IMG/VR virus record: IMGVR_UViG_3300025575_000276
Origin: a virus
Lineage: Duplodnaviria > Heunggongvirae > Uroviricota > Caudoviricetes
DNA: 63,256 nucleotides
Reading direction: 5' to 3' (one strand)
Positions 57,886-63,256 of the stretch are shown here, one piece after another (position 1 is the stretch's first letter; every line of letters begins with the position of its first letter). The notes beneath the pieces are model-generated. The model did not search any database and had not been told where the DNA came from. It saw only the letters and a program-made list of their open reading frames with translations. The position numbers were made by a program, and so were the translations under genes.

Positions 57886-60800
57886 CTTTGAATTGTTTTA
57901 GTTGTTTTTTCAGTTCTTCTATCTCCTTTTCAAGTTTAGCATACTTGTTATCAATCTTTGCATCTACCTGTTGTAAAGCAAGTGTAAGTATCCCTACATG
58001 GTGATTTATATTATGACCTTTTTTCTTTTTACCTGATAACCACCAGTGAGTGTCCTCTGCTATAAATCCAAGTCCAAAATCATTTGAACCATTCCAAAAG
58101 TATGTATTGATTACTATACTGTTGTTGTACTTTATAGCATCAAAATTCTCCAACACTTTAATATCATGTTTCGCAGTTTTTGTTGACGTACCGTAAAACT
58201 GTACAGCAGTTAGATAACCACTACCATCCCTATATGCGATAGTGTTAGCATCCGCACCTGTAGATGGGTTATTGTACCCAGAGATTGACCCAGAAGAACC
58301 TGCATAACCTGAGGAACTTGCATAACCTGAATTGTAAGCGTAAGATACATAAAGGTCTGAAGAACCTCTATAACCACCTCGGTACTCATCGTAATAGTAC
58401 CTCGCATTTGTACAGTTAGTTGCACTACCTGCACTTCCGGCACTATCAGCGTAACTTACACTCATTCCTGCTCTCCATGCAAGGTAACTGTCACCATTAT
58501 TGTCAACACCCCATAAGTAGGTAGGATTATTATTTCTATTAGACCAAGCAAAGTTTTGACCATCCACTGTATCAGCATTACCCGAACTTGAGGAATAACT
58601 ACAGGATCCTCCTGAGGTGATCCATCCACCATAGTTCCCCAAGTCATTAGAGAATTGGGACAAACTACCGGGTCTTCCATTAACATTTCCCCAAGCAATA
58701 TACCCCGTACTATTGGAGTAGTTTACAGCTACAGTATCATTGAGCCATCCATTGTAGATTCTCCCATTGTAATTATACATTGCATCACCAGTGTAGTTAT
58801 CGTATAACCTGTTAGCTGCAATGTTCATGTACCCGGAATGTGAGTGTCCTGAGTCTGCCCAACCTCCATAATTTCCAAGGTTATTGGTGAACTGTGACAA
58901 AGCAGTAGGTTGCCCGGTAAGGTTACTATAAGCCCTGAGATCATCACGATGCCAACCATCTACCGTATCAGCATTACCAGCAGAGGATGCATAACTTACA
59001 GATTGAGAACCTATATTTCCTGAATCAATAACAGTCCACCAGGTACTCCATGAACCACTATTTCTACCTCTGACGTAAATTCTACCATCACGGTAGTTCT
59101 GAACTAACTGACTTCCCCAAGTTGTAGGTGCAGCAGGATAAGCATGGTACCATACAGTACCGTCAGATTGTCCGGGAATAGGAGAACTACCAGCAAAGTA
59201 ATAACATCCTGAAACACCGGGTACATTACCTATATCTCCATAATTTCCCCATACCCAATCGGATATACCATATCCGGATAATGTGGTAGGTTTTGATGAT
59301 ACATTTCCCCATGCAACCGATCCAGTACTGGAAGAGTAGTTACATGATCCTGAAGAAGTAATAAATCCTGAAGGGTTTCCGGAAGAGTAGTAACTTCCAG
59401 TACTGGCGTAAGCCATCGAACCAAGATCAGCAGTTGCGACAAATGTCAGTTCAGTAGAACCATTGTAGGTTCTAAGTCTATCCCCATGAGAATGAAGTTG
59501 CCATCTTGTACCAGAAGATTCATCTTTTAAAACTACTCCTGAACCTTGAACTCCATCTAGCATTAAGTTTCCAGAAGTAGGTGCTCCAGAAATACCTGCA
59601 TTTTGTAAAGTAATATATCCGTATGCTGTCCAAGGAGTGCCAGTTAAATAACCATATCCAGTCCAAGGTGTTCCTGTTACGAACCCACCATAGTTACCAA
59701 GATCGTTAGAAAATTGAGAAAGTGCAGTCGGCCTACTGGATATTTCTGTCCACGAGTATCCGGGTTTTGAGGAAGCTTTGGCCCAACTATAAACATCGGA
59801 TGCCGGCAGACTTGAAGGTATTGATTGGTCCCCGGTGTTTGTACCTGACGAAGACCCACTAAAGTTAGAAGCTGATATAGTACCTGATTGCCAAGTACCT
59901 CCTGCTCCATTTACCTGCCATTGAACTTGGCCACCTCTTGCTGCAATTGTAAAATATCTTATTTCAGCAGATGAATTATCTGCTAATCTGCCACGTTCAA
60001 TTACAATTCCATTAGATGTATTTCCAGAGGTATTATTTTGATTTACATATATCTGAGTTTGATTGTAAGTACCTGTGTTTGTATTACCTATAAATGCAAA
60101 AGGAACTGTACTAGAAGAAGTTAAAGTTGTACCTGTAGCATTACCACGTGTCATTACAGATTGTAAAGTATCAGTTTCGGAATATCCTGTTATCCAACCT
60201 CCATAATTTCCAAGATCGTTAGTAAAACTTGATAAACTTGTAGGTTTACTAGATATTTCGCTCCATGCATAACCCGGTTTTGAAGAGGACTTTGCCCATG
60301 AATAGACATCAGATGCCGGAAGGGTTGTAGGTATGGTTTGGTCACCAGTATTAGTTCCAGATGATGATCCTGAAAAATTAGAAGCTGATAAACTACCACT
60401 AACTGTTACAGGTTTTGTTAATTCAATTGCTCCTGTATTAAACCTAATTACTTCAGTTGAACTTACTTTGAATATAATTTTAGATAAACTTATATCATAT
60501 TGCAAACTACCATATTGACCAGAATCTCCAAAATTGAAATATGGAAGAGAAGAATGTGTTGACATAAATCCAGTTCCATAAATAACACCTCCAGCATAAA
60601 TATTTTTTACTGCTGCAATACCACCAGATGTTTTAATTGCCCCAACATTATATAAACTAGCTTGTGTTGTATCAGTAATATTAATTGCAGTTGTTGTGGT
60701 TGCACCTCTCCCAGTAACACTAGCAAGGGTATCAGTCTCAGTATATCCAGTTATATAACCTAAACTTGTCCATGGGGTACCACTAACAGGTGTATATCCT

Positions 60801-61420
60801 AATGCAGTAGTTACCATGCCGGAAGTTATTCCAGTTATGAATCCTGATGGATTAGTACTGTTGTATGGTGTAAATCCAAGAGCTATAGTGACGTTAGTAC
60901 TAGTAATGCTTGTAATGTATCCTGCCGGATTAGTAGAACTGTAAGCGGTGTACCCAAGTGCGGAATTGACCATTGCCTGAGTTATACCTGTTAAGTACCC
61001 ATTGGTTGCATGATTTCCCCAACCAAAAGCTGTATTCCAGTTTCCCTGTGATGCAATAGTAGGTATTGAGTATCCGGCAGATAATGACACTGCCAAAGTC
61101 CCAGAGTTCGTTATAGGTGTTCCTGAAACAGAGAGTCCAACAGGAACAGTCATGGATACTGAAGTAACGGTACCACTGCTACCATATAAGGGCACCCAAG
61201 ACCTTACACCTAAAGACGTTGAAGAAAGAACGTAACCATCTAATTCTGGAGACCCTAATGAATGTTCGTAATCGGAGGTTGACCCAAAGGCCATGGATCC
61301 GAGGGTACGTTTTCTGACTTCGCCTGTAGGGGCAAGCACCAATACATCATTGGTGCTCCCTACTTCGACTCTGCCAATTAATAGATTATCGTCTAAAATT
61401 AAAGGTGCAGAAACAATCAT
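57872..61420 (-). CDS. Long tail fibre with internal repeats and a C-terminal peptidase S74-like chaperone domain
   Basis: G/S/T/Y-rich with repeated NDLGNYGG modules. C-terminal STKTAKHDIK...GLGFIAED...GILTLALQQVDAKI coiled coil. Confidence 0.78.
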   Translation of the reverse strand: MIVSAPLILDDNLLIGRVEVGSTNDVLVLAPTGEVRKRTLGSMAFGSTSDYEHSLGSPELDGYVLSSTSLGVRSWVPLYGSSGTVTSVSMTVPVGLSVSGTPITNSGTLAVSLSAGYSIPTIASQGNWNTAFGWGNHATNGYLTGITQAMVNSALGYTAYSSTNPAGYITSITSTNVTIALGFTPYNSTNPSGFITGITSGMVTTALGYTPVSGTPWTSLGYITGYTETDTLASVTGRGATTTTAINITDTTQASLYNVGAIKTSGGIAAVKNIYAGGVIYGTGFMSTHSSLPYFNFGDSGQYGSLQYDISLSKIIFKVSSTEVIRFNTGAIELTKPVTVSGSLSASNFSGSSSGTNTGDQTIPTTLPASDVYSWAKSSSKPGYAWSEISSKPTSLSSFTNDLGNYGGWITGYSETDTLQSVMTRGNATGTTLTSSSTVPFAFIGNTNTGTYNQTQIYVNQNNTSGNTSNGIVIERGRLADNSSAEIRYFTIAARGGQVQWQVNGAGGTWQSGTISASNFSGSSSGTNTGDQSIPSSLPASDVYSWAKASSKPGYSWTEISSRPTALSQFSNDLGNYGGFVTGTPWTGYGYLTGTPWTAYGYITLQNAGISGAPTSGNLMLDGVQGSGVVLKDESSGTRWQLHSHGDRLRTYNGSTELTFVATADLGSMAYASTGSYYSSGNPSGFITSSGSCNYSSSTGSVAWGNVSSKPTTLSGYGISDWVWGNYGDIGNVPGVSGCYYFAGSSPIPGQSDGTVWYHAYPAAPTTWGSQLVQNYRDGRIYVRGRNSGSWSTWWTVIDSGNIGSQSVSYASSAGNADTVDGWHRDDLRAYSNLTGQPTALSQFTNNLGNYGGWADSGHSHSGYMNIAANRLYDNYTGDAMYNYNGRIYNGWLNDTVAVNYSNSTGYIAWGNVNGRPGSLSQFSNDLGNYGGWITSGGSCSYSSSSGNADTVDGQNFAWSNRNNNPTYLWGVDNNGDSYLAWRAGMSVSYADSAGSAGSATNCTNARYYYDEYRGGYRGSSDLYVSYAYNSGYASSSGYAGSSGSISGYNNPSTGADANTIAYRDGSGYLTAVQFYGTSTKTAKHDIKVLENFDAIKYNNSIVINTYFWNGSNDFGLGFIAEDTHWWLSGKKKKGHNINHHVGILTLALQQVDAKIDNKYAKLEKEIEELKKQLKQFKDGRN

Positions 61421-61431
61421 AATAATTTAAT

Positions 61432-62772
61432 TTACTTTTTTATAACAACATAGTAACCAGAAGTACTGACTACAAAAGCGGATATAGACCGTTTGAAATT
61501 TAAAGTGACAATGTAAGGAGTACTCTGAGCTACAGTAACAGTAGGTAAAATTGGAGTGCCTGTAAAATCATACACCGAAACACAAAGGTTCGGAGTACCA
61601 AGTCCGTGAGCTATAACTATATCTATACCGGCACCAGTTGCCGGGAGATTCTGAGAGTACCCTCTTGATCCTAATTGGGTGTTAAGTTCTGTCCTTAACT
61701 TAACAGGAGTAATAGCAGTAGTATCGTCAGTACCTGTAGTAACCTGTGCCTGTGTTGCTATTTTCAACCACCCAAACACTGACTCAGTGGCCTGTACAAT
61801 TTTATTAGCAAACCAGTCGGCCAATGCCTTAGGTGTAATGGCTTTCACTGTATCTGTACCGGCAATAGCTTCTGCGCTGGTAGAAAGATAAACTAGACCT
61901 AAAACAGTAGTAGTGGCCTGATCCCTATTGGATTCAACAGCGATATAGTCAGTTGCTACTGTAGTACTAGCAGCAACTTTATTTGCAATGATAACGTCCC
62001 CAACGTTTAGTACAATACCTTGACAAGTGCCAGCCACAGTTACCCACCAGTAGTCCCCTTTCTTAGTCCCGGCATTACCAGGAAGGTTTACAGAAGAAGC
62101 ATCAAAACCTCCTACTAAAGTTCCAATTGAAGCTATCTTACCATCAACGTATACTTTAACGGCATGTTCTGTAAGTACTGTAGTTGCACTATCCGTAGCA
62201 AGTGTTCCGTCATTACTGAATGTAAGTACTTCTACATTACCGGAACCGGCTGTAACCCTACCCAGAATAGTCATAGTAGGTATATCATTGATCTTAGCAA
62301 ATGTAATTGCCTTATCCAGTACCTTAATGGTAGTAACTGCATCAGAAGCGAGCTTATTGGCGTTCACTGCTCCATCTGCAATCTTTTGATTTGTAATGTT
62401 TGCATCAAGTATTTTCTGAGTTGTTACGGCACTATCTGCTAATTTTGCAGTCCCTACCCCTAGGTCTTTAATCCTAACTACGTTACCTACAATTTCTACC
62501 GTAGTCGTGTCTACGTTAATTGCGAGAGTAACATTTGGCCCACCGGGGTTAGTAGCAACTAAACCTCCATTAGCCGAATTATCGACACTTTTAACATCTC
62601 CTGTGATATCTACCCATGATGTACCATTGTAGTAGTATATCAAATGGTCGGTGGTATTCTCATATACCTGTCCTTCAACTGGAGAATTGGGAGGTGTTAC
62701 TGACTGGTGTAGGACAATGTTAATTGCCTGACACTGTGAAAAGTCTAAATCATTACCTAATTTTGCCAACAT
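61432..62772 (-). CDS. Tail fibre / spike protein
   Basis: VTTxKIxD repeats and two phage-fibre repeats (ATTTVLGLVYLST..AITPKAL; ATESVFGWLKIAT..AITPVKL). C-terminal IAHGLGT...VSVYD domain. Confidence 0.7.
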   Translation of the reverse strand: MLAKLGNDLDFSQCQAINIVLHQSVTPPNSPVEGQVYENTTDHLIYYYNGTSWVDITGDVKSVDNSANGGLVATNPGGPNVTLAINVDTTTVEIVGNVVRIKDLGVGTAKLADSAVTTQKILDANITNQKIADGAVNANKLASDAVTTIKVLDKAITFAKINDIPTMTILGRVTAGSGNVEVLTFSNDGTLATDSATTVLTEHAVKVYVDGKIASIGTLVGGFDASSVNLPGNAGTKKGDYWWVTVAGTCQGIVLNVGDVIIANKVAASTTVATDYIAVESNRDQATTTVLGLVYLSTSAEAIAGTDTVKAITPKALADWFANKIVQATESVFGWLKIATQAQVTTGTDDTTAITPVKLRTELNTQLGSRGYSQNLPATGAGIDIVIAHGLGTPNLCVSVYDFTGTPILPTVTVAQSTPYIVTLNFKRSISAFVVSTSGYYVVIKK

Positions 62773-62790
62773 AATTATTTGTTTTAGCGG

Positions 62791-63117
62791 TTAAATTTTA
62801 AAAAAAGCAACCCCTCTTTGAGGTATCTTAAATTTTATTATAGTTATATCTATCTTATCCTTTATCCCTGAAGATGAAACATGTTCTTTGCCAACGGTTA
62901 GTTCCGCACCAGTTTGGTCAAGTACTAGGGTGCTTTTAGGATAGTCATTAAACCCATGATTACATGTCCAAACTGTACTAGGGATATCTTGTTTATGTTC
63001 ATAGGAACTGTCGGTATTAATGGTTTCCAACGTTTCAATTCTTTCGTCCAAGGAGATAATGACATCATCCCCGGCTTGTGCTCCTAAAGGTGGGTAATAT
63101 GCTATACTTCCTTTCAT
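62791..63117 (-). CDS. Small tail-fibre-associated protein
   Basis: YEHKQDIPSTVWTCNHGFNDYP...LDQTG motif, common next to phage fibres. Confidence 0.55.
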   Translation of the reverse strand: MKGSIAYYPPLGAQAGDDVIISLDERIETLETINTDSSYEHKQDIPSTVWTCNHGFNDYPKSTLVLDQTGAELTVGKEHVSSSGIKDKIDITIIKFKIPQRGVAFFKI

Positions 63118-63129
63118 TCGATTTATTGT

Positions 63130-63256
63130 TTAGTGTTTATTGCAACTGTAAGAATACCAGAGGCACACGTATTTTTCTTTACCTCCAACTGAATGTCTTC
63201 AGCAGTCCATTTCCACAGACTAAATACAAAACTACCTTCTTCAGTTTCAAGTATCC
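63130..63256 (-). CDS. Partial CDS (C-terminal ~41 aa), truncated by the window edge
   Basis: Open frame ILETEEGSFVFSLWKWTAEDIQLEVKEKYVCLWYSYSCNKH* ending 12 bp before the next start. Confidence 0.4.

Noticed and set aside
57872-61420. Diversity-generating retroelement or invertible shufflon acting on the tail fibre
   Set aside because: No reverse transcriptase in the window. The repeats differ at all base types, mostly synonymously, not only at adenines, and they are direct and in frame rather than inverted.
7607-63256. Numerous 60-190 aa plus-strand and alternate-frame ORFs in the track
   Set aside because: They lie antisense to or inside long, motif-bearing minus-strand genes and show no recognisable motifs; treated as shadow ORFs. 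The 34007-34450 gene is the exception.
1-63256. Stop-codon reassignment (TAG or TGA), known in some crAss-like phages
   Set aside because: ORFs up to 3667 aa are open in the standard code, and TAG and TGA end genes at tight junctions (for example 47384, 47916, 38900).
1-63256. CRISPR array, tRNA or rRNA genes
   Set aside because: No regularly spaced repeat-spacer series or cloverleaf/rRNA-like sequence was recognised by eye; tRNAscan was not run.

Overview
This window is part of a crAss-like (Crassvirales-like) phage or prophage of a Bacteroidota host, read in the standard genetic code. From 7607 to the right edge almost every real gene is on the minus strand. In transcription order (right to left) these are: tail fibre and receptor-binding genes, small membrane proteins, a ring protein, a scaffold-like protein, the major capsid protein, auxiliary capsid, ring and IHF-like genes, an apparently split muzzle/tail-stabilisation gene, cargo proteins, and three giant virion proteins. 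The giants are a 2842 aa protein with an SF1 helicase domain, a 3667 aa virion RNA polymerase with the DFDID motif and an accessory-domain tail, and a 1553 aa protein with a PD-(D/E)xK domain. The left end carries an intact tyrosine integrase and a muramidase endolysin on the plus strand. Next is an AT-rich island of about 5.4 kb (2134-7563) of host-like genes. It is bracketed by two similar terminators, and it contains two group II intron 3' ends and an orphan nuclease with integron-cassette-like boundaries. The leading hypotheses are an integrating (temperate) crAss-like phage, a polyvalent virion RNA polymerase, a split muzzle carrying adhesin modules, a shared GG motif in the cargo proteins, and a cassette/intron-derived accessory island. 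All family assignments come from motif recognition by eye; no database searches were run.
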